Origin: Pelomyxa schiedti
Lineage: Eukaryota > Protista > Evosea
NCBI GenBank assembly: GCA_020536535.1
Contig: JAHLWZ010000421.1
Coordinates: 1-52,575 of the forward strand
DNA: 52,575 nt
Reading direction: 5' to 3'
Shown: positions 12,891-23,957 of the stretch, piece after piece
Layout: every line of letters starts with the position of its first letter
Numbering within the stretch: the stretch's first letter is position 1
Translations under genes and position numbers: made by a program
Notes under the pieces: model-generated
Databases searched by the model: none
What the model was told of the DNA's origin: nothing
Seen by the model: only the letters and a program-made list of their open reading frames with translations

Positions 12891-13322
12891 GAACCTCGAA
12901 TCTATGGTTGTGAGTGCAAATGAAGCCAATGTATTTTTTCAAAGCTGCAGGGTTGGAGTCAAATTCAAGAAAGAAGAAACTTCTGAAGAAGAGAGGCGGT
13001 TTTTTGCGTCGTTCGAGGGATTTGATGTCGTGAGATGCACATTCTGTGAACTTCTTGAAGAGCAATTGAAAGTGCTGATTGCAGACACATCGAAGGTGAA
13101 CTCCAAACACAACACCAACAACCAGCACCACTACACATACAACTCAAAGAGATATCCTGTGAGAAGATCTCGAGATTCTTGAGAAGCTTCTCTCTCTGTT
13201 ACCAAGAATGTGGTGTGGTTGTGTTTGATGAATGCCCTGGCTTACTGACATAAGCATTAGCCATCGCTGTTACAGGAAGACACCTTCACATTAGCAAAAC
13301 TCTCTCGTTACTGCCAACGGAC

Positions 13323-14504
13323 ATGTCGGCCGTGCCCCACTACCCCAACACCGCCCAGGCCCAGTTCGTGGCCCTCATGACGTCGTCCAACCCGCGATGC
13401 GGCGCGGGCAGCCCCGCCCGCGCACTGTGCTCGTCCCCGACCCTCGCCGCCATTCTGTGGCGCGCCGTCGTGACGGCCACGCGCTCCGACTTCGTGGTGG
13501 TGCTGAACTGCGTGGTGGATGGCACCACGTGGGTCAGCCACACCGTCTCGTTCTCCGTGTGCGGCTCCATGCTCAGCCTCGTGGGGGAGGCGTGCTCGGT
13601 CGACTCGGGGACCTGCGAGGCAGCGGTGGAGTGGGTGGCGCCGCGGGTGGCGGTGAGGCGCGAGTCCCTTGAGTTCAACGAGAGGTTGGTGTTCCTCAGG
13701 GAGATGAGAATGAACAAGCTGCCGCCGCACTACCAGGTGGTGAGGCAGTCTGACGAGCTGTCATCGGGTTTCAACAGCAATGCCGCTAATTCCAAGTGGT
13801 TCATCACAGCCGAATATGACGGGGCTGTTACAATCAGCTGCATCGAGGGGTGGCCCGATTCACGCAAGAGCTTCGATCCTGTGGCTGTGGCCACTCCTTT
13901 GTGCGATTCCGTAGTTTCCTTCAACCACGGGGTTGACGATGAGGCCATCCTGATGTCCCGCACCAGAGCGACTCAGTGCATCGAGCTCATTTTGTTCGAC
14001 GTCAACCTCACACACAAGTCTGGGAATCTTGCTGTGATCACATCCGTGTCACTCAAAAACATGGATCACACGTTCGACGATGTGAGGGTGATGAGGAGGC
14101 GCAGTGGTGCTGTTGTTTTCGTTGCAACAAGATTGAGCTTGAGTGAGAGGGAGGTGGTTCTGATTGATCCAACAGCAACTGAAGTCATGACTCGGGTGAT
14201 ATGCAACTGCACAATGATATCACAGGTCAGTTCCTCTGTGTTCTGCGCGTGGTGCCCTCCGCCAACGAGGTCGTTCGAATTGTGGGACTGCAACGACCTG
14301 AGCAAGCCACTGAGGGCAGTCAACAGGAGTGACAACTTCACACAGGTTGTTGGGGGGCAGGGGTTCCTGTTTGGTGTTGTTGGTGGGAAGGTTGTTGTGA
14401 TGGAGGCATTCACTGGCACCACTGTGGTCACCTTCGATGTGTCTCTCACCCTTCCCACCACAAATCGGGTCATCATCAACAATCGCCTTTCTCTTCTGGA
14501 ATAG
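13323..14504 (+). CDS. Intronless hypothetical protein, same family, copy 2
   Basis: 393-aa ORF, highly similar at DNA and protein level to 11709-12890. Confidence 0.85.
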   Translation: MSAVPHYPNTAQAQFVALMTSSNPRCGAGSPARALCSSPTLAAILWRAVVTATRSDFVVVLNCVVDGTTWVSHTVSFSVCGSMLSLVGEACSVDSGTCEAAVEWVAPRVAVRRESLEFNERLVFLREMRMNKLPPHYQVVRQSDELSSGFNSNAANSKWFITAEYDGAVTISCIEGWPDSRKSFDPVAVATPLCDSVVSFNHGVDDEAILMSRTRATQCIELILFDVNLTHKSGNLAVITSVSLKNMDHTFDDVRVMRRRSGAVVFVATRLSLSEREVVLIDPTATEVMTRVICNCTMISQVSSSVFCAWCPPPTRSFELWDCNDLSKPLRAVNRSDNFTQVVGGQGFLFGVVGGKVVVMEAFTGTTVVTFDVSLTLPTTNRVIINNRLSLLE

Positions 14505-14595
14505 AGAACTTGTGGCAAAGGTACCTCGGCCCCTCCGCGGCTCCTCGCCACAGAACTACAAAAAAAAAAACATTCTTTTCATTCAAAACCACAAG

Positions 14596-16422
14596 ATGCA
14601 GACCCAAGAGAACGGCGGGGGTAGTAGTAGTGGCAGTAGTATGTTTGCAGGGGGAGGTGTACTCGCCGCCCTGTCCTCGCTCTTGTCGTCATCCTCCTCG
14701 TCGACGTCGCCGCCGGGGGTGCCGCAGTCTCCCCGCCTTGCCGACGTCGTACCGGCCCCGCCCTCTCCCAGAGTCCCGTTGTCGCCGCCCGCCTCGCCCA
14801 TGTCGCAGGCCTCGCTCCTCCAGCAGAAGAGGCAGCGGGCCCCCAACGCGAGCAGCTGCATTGTGGGATGCTCCCCGACGTCTGTGCTGAGCCCCCTCCC
14901 ACGCAAAATCAGGCGCTCGTCGTCGTCGTCGTCATCATCACAATCACAGCCTAGTTCCCCTAATGTCAATATCACGACGTGCCCCCCTTCCCCTCGTATT
15001 TCTTCTTGCGCTAATACTCCAACTTCAATTATTACTACTACTACTTGTACTAGTACGAGTACTGCTTCTTATTCTTCTACTTCCACTCCTTCGTTGTCAT
15101 CGGCGTATACAAGGACTCTGCGGGCACCTCTTTCACCATGTTTATATAATCCACAAACTTCTACATCACAACAATTGGCAACTGTGGATGCACAATCACA
15201 TTCTAATACAACATCAACTTCAACTGTTGCCCCACCACCCTCTCCACCACAATCACAATTGCCGGCTAGTCCAATGTGCATACCAATACCCAGCTCACCG
15301 GTTTACCAGGATTCACCTATAGTAGCACCTCCTTCACCTCTGCCCCCACCACTATCTCCATTAACGGGAGTGTTGCAACCCCCTATCCCCGTAACAAAAG
15401 AGACTCGACCATCCCCGCGCCTTGCCGCAGCCGCTCGAAGGAGGATGGGCAAGACCCCTGCAGGAAGTCCAAGGCAGATGCAAGAGCCTCTAACACAGCA
15501 GTATTCAAACCCAGGAACCCCAGTTGCGGATTTCAATTCGGCACCGCCATCGCCAATAGTCCCTTCATCACCGCCTGTAAGCCCATCTGTAACCAAGAAG
15601 AAAGCAGCGGCCCCACCCAAACACAAAAAGCGTGGGGGCAGCATCCCATTACCACACGGCTTCAACTCCGCTCCCAGTCTCAGCGCAATGGATGCAACTG
15701 TGCAAACACCCCCTACCCCATGTCCCCCTGATTCCCCGTTGCATGACTTGTTCAGTTCTGTAACACCGGAGTCCATACCTTCAACTCCCCAAAACCAATC
15801 ATGTTCTGATAGCAATTTGATTGTGGAAAACAGTATAGCTTCTCCCGCTGCACCAGCAGCTTTTTCTACTGTGGCAAATTCCTTTCAGCAGGCTGACACC
15901 CCTTCTCCCGCAAGGCATTGTTCCACCAGGAAAAGCAATGAAGTACAGAGAGTCAACATCACCATTTTATCAGGTTATTCTTCTACCTTCCTCTTCATTT
16001 ATTTACTCTTGGTTTTTAAGAGGACCTTCAAAGCCTCCAGGCTGCCATAGACCATAAGTATAATATGCAGCTTATGATACTGGAGAGCCGTGCGAAACTC
16101 CTTCATGAGATGACCAAGTTACTTGGGCTCACTGTACGAAATTACTCCACTCACACCATCTACCATCAAACTAAATAGCAGCGCACAAAACAATATAATA
16201 GTACCCACTAACCAAAAACCAGCTGACTTTAGCCCGGCAAGATGATATCCAACTACAAAGGATTGTCCTGGACCAACTTAAATGTAATTACGGCCTGTTA
16301 TCCGCATGCACCACTAACATAAGCACACAGGTGCCAAAGAGGGAGAGGGCGACAAGCTTTTGGTACTGGACCCGTTTGTTACTGATAATGAAACAGTTGG
16401 AACTCCCTATTCCTCTTTTTAA
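14596..16422 (+). CDS. Ser/Pro-rich low-complexity hypothetical protein
   Basis: Long first exon (MQTQENGGG...) rich in PPSP motifs. Short spliced 3' exons lead to a TAA at ~16422. Confidence 0.6.
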
Positions 16423-16547
16423 AAATTGTTGGTATTCTAAAACTTGGTTTTCCTTTTCTCCACTTCCTTTCTCACTTTCAGAGTACTAGAGTGTTGGTGG
16501 GTGTGATGTGATGTTTAACATGTTGTGTTTGTACAATGAATGTGGCA

Positions 16548-17688
16548 TTAGCAACATCCCTTATTTGGCTCCGTAGTTGGCTCTGGATGTTGTACAACAA
16601 TGGGCTTCCCAGGAGTAGGGCCTGTGGGCGGTGGTTCCGCATTAGCGGCCTCTGCTTGGGCTCTTCGGGCAGATAACATTTTGCTGACCAGCGACCCTAT
16701 TGCTTGATAAACTCCCTGGCCGGTCTTGGCGGAGGTGTAGAACAGTTCCAGGTTTAGTTTGCTTGCTACAGTTTGTGCGCTTTCCTTCTTGACTGAAGGG
16801 TTTGGCAGGTCACACTTGTTTCCTTGCTAGGAGTTAGTGGAAAAGAAAGCTATCGTTTGATACCAAGTAGTATAATAGGTACAGATATTTCATGTCTCTT
16901 CAGTTCGCCTATCCACGTGTTGATTCGGTCCAATGAATTTTGGTCATTCATATCAAATACAAGAAATACACCTTTTTTCTTGAGTTTACTTTCAAGTTTG
17001 GTGTGAAAATACCATCAGCTCTGCGGAAGTAATTGGCAGTTATCGTGCCTGCAGAGCGTTTAACAAAATAAAGAATGCAAAATGAAAGATGAACAAACGG
17101 AATCTATGTGTGAGTCAGACATACTACTTGGGGGAAAAAACCACACCTTTCTTGTCCGGCGCTGTCCCAAATCTGAACAGAAGGAAATGAAAATGAGAAT
17201 TCAGTGTGTTTGCAACCAAATAATAACCTGTAACTTGGCAATTTTTCCTTGGACATCCACAAACATTATCTACACAAGATAATTGAGTTTAAGCACTTCG
17301 ACTCATAACAGGAAGGGTGGGCTCGCCAACCTTAAAATCTACACCAACTGTACTAATGAAAGTGGCCTCAAAATAGTCATCAGCTGCCTTTCCAGCCAAT
17401 GCTGTTTTTCCAACTCCCGACTCTCCCTTTACATCCCATTAATTAAAAAAACACCTGCAGCCGAGAGGGGGAAAAACGAAAGAAAAGAACCAAAAAAAAA
17501 AAAGAAAGTAACCACACCAGCATCAGCATCTTGAAAACTACGTCGTGTTTGGTCGTCGTTTTCGGCAGCGGCACCGCGGTCACTACGGGCCCCGCTCCCC
17601 CGCTCCCGATTCCGCTACTAGCACTCGCGCTAGACGATGTAGATGATGATGATGACGATGATGTACTGGTCGTAGATGTCGCTGCCAT
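16548..17688 (-). CDS. Rab GTPase (Rab1/Rab8-like)
   Basis: Spliced: [64 protein letters not shown]-terminal GCC* prenylation motif. Confidence 0.92.
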
Positions 17689-17899
17689 CGTCACCACAAA
17701 CAGAACACCCCCCTTTTTTTTTGTTTTTTTGTCTGTGTTTTTGGACATCTTCCTTGAACATACTAAGTTGATGAAAAAACCCCCCAAGGAGAAAGGATCT
17801 TTGATGATGATAATTCGTCGGGGTGAGGAGGGTCCTCAGTGTTAATGATTGTTTTATTTGTGTTGGGTTTAGTTGTATACAAATACCTCGCCTCCTGTT

Positions 17900-20274
17900 T
17901 CATTGGGATTTCTTGGGTGGTATTACAGAACATGAGTAGTGCTTCATTTGTGCTCTGGCTTTCTTCATCAGGGGTCCTTCTTGTGACTTTGGCTTGCTTG
18001 CGGTGGCGCCGGCTGACCGCGGCCTCTTTTGTTGAACTTGTGAACTCGGGCTGGAATTCATGCCGCGGACTGTTGCTGAAGCTGATGCGGCTCTTATTAT
18101 GGAAGAAGTTCCTCTTCCGCGGCCTCTTCCGCGTGTGGAATTGGCCATGCTGGGTGAAATGGGGCCACAGCGGGGGCCTGAGGGAAGTGCAATGATTTTG
18201 GTGGTTAGTTTCTTCTTGGTGGCCTCGGATTCGGTCCTGCGCATGGCCATCTTATTGCTCATTTCCTGGACTTTCCGGAAGTAGCACTCGCTCCACTTAA
18301 TATAACGACCTTCTGCCTCGGCATACTCGTTCCGGGTTCGCTGTCCATAGGCTTCTATGAACTTAGACTCCCAGTAGTCATTAAGTTCAATTCCGATGCT
18401 GGCTTCTTGTAGTGCACGGACGGCTTCCGGCGAAGCATATTTCAAAACTTTCTCCCGGACAGCTGGGGGTACCTTCCGGAAGTCAGTGAAAAGGAAAATG
18501 AACTGAATAGTTACACACTTCAGCAATGTCATGGTCCTGGAACATCCTACAACAAGCTTCTGTATCGCGGGCAATATTACCTATTGCACGCAGTGCGAGT
18601 ACTGACAGAGGATCAATTAATTCCAACGAGGCACTATCCTCTCGTGTACTCAGAACTGCACTTAATATATTCTTCTGTGAAAGTGCTCGTCTCCTATTTT
18701 GAACACCCAATCATAAGGAACATAGAATAGACCACAACAACAACAACCCTACCATTGTTAGAAGTAAGATTAAGTTATTATAAGAGGGGAAAAACGCACA
18801 CAGAAGGGTCAACACGTGGCGGTTGAGGTTGGTGCTGTGGCTGTTGATGTTGATGTTGATGTTGCTGTTGAAGTTGAGGTGGCGGTTGCAATTGTGGTTG
18901 GCGCTGCTGGGATGACTGAGAATGAGAGTTTTGCTTTTGGTTCTCTTTCGTATGCTGTTGCTTCTGCGTGGAACTGGGAGAATTGCTAGGAACAACAGAA
19001 CAAGTTGGAGCACTGGGAACTGGGTGGACAACCTCGTCTTCTTCATCTCCAAATAAGTAATCATAGCCACCCTCTTTACTAGCTTCACCACCCAACTCCC
19101 GGTGTTTCATCTCAGGATCGTCTCCAACTTCACCGTCTCCTATTATGTTTACATAGCTTGGTTCGTTTACATCTCCATCATTTGCCATGAAATCGTGATT
19201 AGAGGTTGTGCCAATCTCCACGCAACCCGATTCTCTGTCAGCTCCACTGTTCTGCTGTTCTACGGGCTGCACAGATACCACATTCCCATTCTTCCCATTC
19301 ACAACTACTCTGCCCTTCACACCTCCAGTCCTTTGGGCTGCATAAGGGTTTCCATCGAATGAAAGTTTAGGGTTATGGTCAGTCACAACTTTTCTCTTCA
19401 TGTCGCTCCCACTTGCACTACCACTCCCACTCCGACTGGCACTTCCACTACTACTCCCGCTCCCGCTTCTACTCCCACTTGCACTGCCACTGCCGCTCCC
19501 ACTCCCACTTCCGCTCTCAGCACCACCTTTCGAGTGTCTAGTTTTTTGAGAGCTACTGGGTGAGGTTGAACTTTTGCTTGTAGGTAATAGAGGAGCCGCA
19601 GCTTTGGCAGGTTCATGGGCAGTTACGACGTGCGTGATGCTTGATCCTCTGCCAGTGGTCTGAGGCTCAAAGCGATGTGATTGTAAAGGCGCAGCTGTAG
19701 TAGTGCCACTAGGTGCCAAGCCATGCCTCAAATTACCGGCAGCAGTAGTAGCAGTAACAATAGGTTTGTTAGTAGAATCCCCTCCAATCCTATGAGCCGC
19801 AGAGGGTGTAGGCTGGACCGGGGTTCTTGCAGTCATAACTGCGTGGGTCCCAACACCAGGGGGCTATGGCCAGTATTTGTAGTTATGTTAGTATAGTAGC
19901 ATTAATATAATATAGTAGTAATAATATATATATCTTTGGAATGTAGTAACCGGTTGCGATGTCCCTGGGCCGCCCATAATTCTGCTGCTTGCAGTTTGAT
20001 TGTGATGGTTGTGTTGTAGGGTGGACTGGCTGCCGCTGGTTTGGTGTTCACCAGATTGGGTAGCGGTGGTAGTGGAGGGCGGTCGCCCCGGGCTAATTAT
20101 GGGACGTTGTTGGTGCGCGTTTGGTTGCTGTGGTTGTTGTTGGTTGGGCAGCTGCGGGTGTGGTTGTCTGTTGGTAGCGGGGCTGGTTTGCGATGATGGG
20201 TTGACAACGCTGTTGCTGGTGACAACACTGTTTCGAGATGGTTGTGCCTGGCCGTGTGGTTGCTGTTGCCTCAT
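17900..20274 (-). CDS. Low-complexity protein with C-terminal Elongin-A-like (BC-box) domain
   Basis: PLSVLALRAI...VPPAVREKVLKYASPEAVRALQE...DYWESKFIEAYG...WSECY resembles the Elongin A C-terminal pattern. Long Q/S/G-rich N-terminus. Confidence 0.5.
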
Positions 20275-20441
20275 GTTCACGTAGTTTTTCGTTTGCTAAT
20301 TGTGCGTTCTCTGTGTGGGCAGATACTACCACCACTTGTTTTTTCAATTGTTTTCCTATACCAAGTTTTAGGGGAAAAGAAATTTGACCCAAAAATATTA
20401 TCTCCAGGGGGAGAAGTTGGTATCTTGTGGGTATTGTATTG

Positions 20442-23400
20442 TTATAGGTGGAACTGTTGTTGTTGCCTTCTTGGTGTTGTTGATGAGGAGGAGTACGTTG
20501 GGAGGGTGCCGGTGGCTCGTGGTGGTGTGCGGTGAAGTGGTTGTGTCTGTGACAGCCCACTCCCGATGTTGCTGTGTATTGAGCCTACGCGTAACATTAG
20601 GAGTTGTGGGATACAGTACCCACCCAAAAAAAGGTAAAAGGGGGGGGTACCTGCTGCTGTGCGTGGCAGTGTGTTGCTGAACATCACCTGCTGCGATCTG
20701 GTAGCACCCCCTGGCGTGGATTTGTAGGGAGGCTCCCCAGACACATTGTACCGCGGTGTTGGCAGCTTCGTTGTTGTGCTTGATGTTGTAGTGGCCGCCC
20801 CGCTGCGTGCCGGAGGAGCCGCGACTCTTACCTGTGTAATGTTAATTAACTGAGTAGTTAATTATTTAATTGCTTATTTTGGTTTGGGTTTAATTTTTGA
20901 TTGGGGTTGGGGTTTTTTTTTTTTTTTTGAGGGTGGGATATTGGCTGGATACACACGGGATTTCTGATTGGTAGATCGGAAGCGGGTTGGTGGGAGTAAC
21001 TGAGTAGCAGAAGCTCGTCACCCTGCGGAGAGTTCCCGGAAGCTGTTACAGTTTCTGTTAGGTCCTCAGCATCCCACGTGGCGTTGGGATTCTCGGGAAC
21101 AGCATTGCCGCGGTCGCAAATGTCGGCCGCGTCGTCGTCCGAGTCATCAAGCTCATCATCGTCCTCCGGTTCTTCTGGAGGCGGTTTGCTTCATAAAAGG
21201 GTAAGGAAGGTGCTTTGCGTTTACCTGGTAAATTGAACTGTCCCAGAATGTATTCTAGTTGTTTTAGTTCATCCTCGGAAGTGGTAGGTTCGGTTACTTT
21301 CTGTGATAATATTCGGGGAAGGCCCAGGGATCGTGCTCTGTACCGAATAGCAGCTCTCCCAAGCAATGAAAACAGACAGCCGTGGGTGTATAGTCTGACC
21401 TGTTGCGAACCTCAGTATGTAATATACAGGGGGTGGTGCAAGTGTACCAAAGAATCACTATGTGACAGTAGGTTCATTAATATAGCTACAGCATCAGGTG
21501 ATGTACTATTTTCACATGTCGACTGGCCCAAATTTCGTTGTGAAAGGTTCATGAGCAATGCCATCGAATACACCTGTTTTATTTAAAGGTGCGGAGAAGC
21601 GAGCACAGTGTACCAAAGTGTGCTTTGATAGAGTATTGGGCGATATTAAAATATCCAGTATCCACTCAATGCAACCAGTTTTAATCATGGTCGATTGGGC
21701 AGCACGCCTATTATCAGTCTCAGGGAAAAAAAAACTTAGGAGGACAAACCTGAGACTCAATTTTTGAAGTGCGGCCAAGGACTGTTGTTGAAGAATACTA
21801 TCAAGAGGAGCGTTTTGAAGAATTTCAAACAACAATGGAATCAAGTCGGTACTGAGCGAGAGGTATTCCCTTCCTATTTAGATTTACAATCATTGAGGGT
21901 TGTGGTTACTTTCCTGCCCATTCAACCGTCAATGTATTTATGACTCTGGATTAGGTGTTTAGACAATAGATAACCTAACGATGGATTTGGGTAACCTGCA
22001 TGTATAGTCTTGAATAAGATTTGATGAATGAGTGCCAAGAAGATTTGAAAGTACAGTCTGAGCAAAAGTGGGAACTTGAAATCAATTGGAAAATAAAACC
22101 TTCGGCCCAGAGCGTTTAATACCAAGGAAATCATTTTGTATTAAGCCAGTCAGAGTTGTATTTGACTGAACTCCAGAAGTGCGAGATAATCTCTAACAAG
22201 AGGTGACTTACAAAGCAAGAGGAAAACAGAATACCCAATTCAAGGCTTGCAGAAGAAGGCACTTGGGGATTTCGCCCAGAGTGATTAAATCTGTGTTGAT
22301 TTTTTTGTAGTCTAGTTGCAAATTTTCGAGAGCCGTGTGTTGCTTTGGTGTAGGTACTGGATTTGGGGGTGGTTGACGGGGAGAGCCAATGTCCGTTGTC
22401 GACGAATGTAAATAAGGCTTATATTTCATGGTAAGAACAAAACCTTCACAGGGAAAGTGGTACTTTTGGGGGTGAATAATCTCGAGGTAAATAACTCTTA
22501 GCAGATTGGTACAGCTCAGTCAACTTCGCTTGTGGTAACTGTTTATGTTGTTTTGTGTTTGTTTTGTTTATATGGTTTTAATCCCAATCTGTGATTCATT
22601 TTAATTAGTGGAAGGTGGGGTAGAAGCAAATACCGTGACACCAGAGAACAGGGCATCTAGAAGTTTCATTGTCACTGAAGCCAAAACTCCATTCTCAGTT
22701 CCTGGTGTAGGTTGCTCTGAGACCTGGAAGATTTTATTCAACGCTTCCTCGAGTTTCTGTTCCAGCTTTTGGATCCAACTACTCTAAGAACAGAAGAAAT
22801 TAAACGTAATGAACCCTTGAGATGATGATACAGTGAAAAGGGACTCGAATGACGGGTGACGCTCAGGGTTTGGAACAAATGGGAGAGCATAGTAACTCAG
22901 ATAATCTAACTCCCTCCTTAGAGAATCAAGCAGTACATGGAGAGGAAACCTGGTGGGAAGTGACCGGAGGCTGTGGCAGCAGCATTTCCGTTCTTATCCA
23001 AGTATTGTTTGAAAGTCTCCATAGTTTGTGTCCTGGGAATAACGGCTCGTGCCTGAAATTGAGTGAGAGTTTCTTATGGAAGGGAGAAATGGGACTCACT
23101 CGAGTGATAGGGTGGATAGGAAAGATTGCAAAATAAATCTGTAAATGCATCAGTCTCATGGAAAAACAAAAGCAAAGGTTACATGAAGTAGAAAGTTTAT
23201 TTGGGTGAGTTGCTTATGATGATCAGGGTGGGACTCAGCAGTTGGTTCTACATGAGTTTGAAGAAGAGAAAAAAACGCATCCCCATCGCCCCGTGTAAAA
23301 GCTTCTAGAATATTGCTCTGTATTGCCATATTTAGAGTTCCTCCAACCAACCAAATTTTGGTGAGTAAAGTACAATTATACCTTCAATGCTGCGTAATTT

Positions 23401-23894
23401 TGCGACGTTGCCGAGCTCGCGTTTTTCTCCATTTCTTTGTGCATAGCAGATATTGTATCAGACAATCCGTGAGCCACGAGCCAATCAACAACATCCTGCT
23501 TTCCCAGGGGCCCGCCCCCCGCCTCACCCACGTTGCTGCTGCTGTTGGTGGTGTTCGCAGATGGGTTATTTACAAGTGTTGGCTTTGTGGAGGCGGATTG
23601 TGGGTTAGAAGCAGCACCCCTGGGGGATTGGATTGGAGGCAGCAACGACCGCGGGGAGTGCACCCGCGGCGACTGCAGCAACGGCGACTGCGTCCTGCTG
23701 CCCGACGACGACCCCTGCGTGGCCGCCGTCGGTGTTAGTTGTGGTAGTTGTTGCTGTTGCTGTTGCTGTTGCGGGGGCAAGACTATGGCTGGCAGTTTGA
23801 CGCGGCCGTCCTCTGCACCACCAACAGTAGCCGCGTTGTGGTCGTCGCCGTCGTCCTCGTTCCGTCCCCTGCTGCCGGTGTCTCCTTGCATCAT
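20442..23894 (-). CDS. ARMC9: LisH domain-containing protein ARMC9
   Basis: LisH-like VVDWLVAHGLSDTISAM; ILEAFTRGD..FF; IYFAIFP; YYALPFVPNP; QQSLAALQKLSLR-RAAQSTMI..G.IEW; TALLMNLS; QLEYI..Q; acidic stretch then GDELLL. Spliced tail runs to TAA at 20442. Confidence 0.85.
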
Positions 23895-23957
23895 CCGCAG
23901 AGACGCGAAAGTTTCTTTACTGGAACGTGTTTGTTTCTCTGTCAAAAACAGCTGAGG

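Noticed and set aside
12361-14504. Claim of positive selection between the two intronless paralogs
   Set aside because: In the 3' segment I compared, synonymous and nonsynonymous changes are about equal in number; this needs a formal dN/dS calculation.
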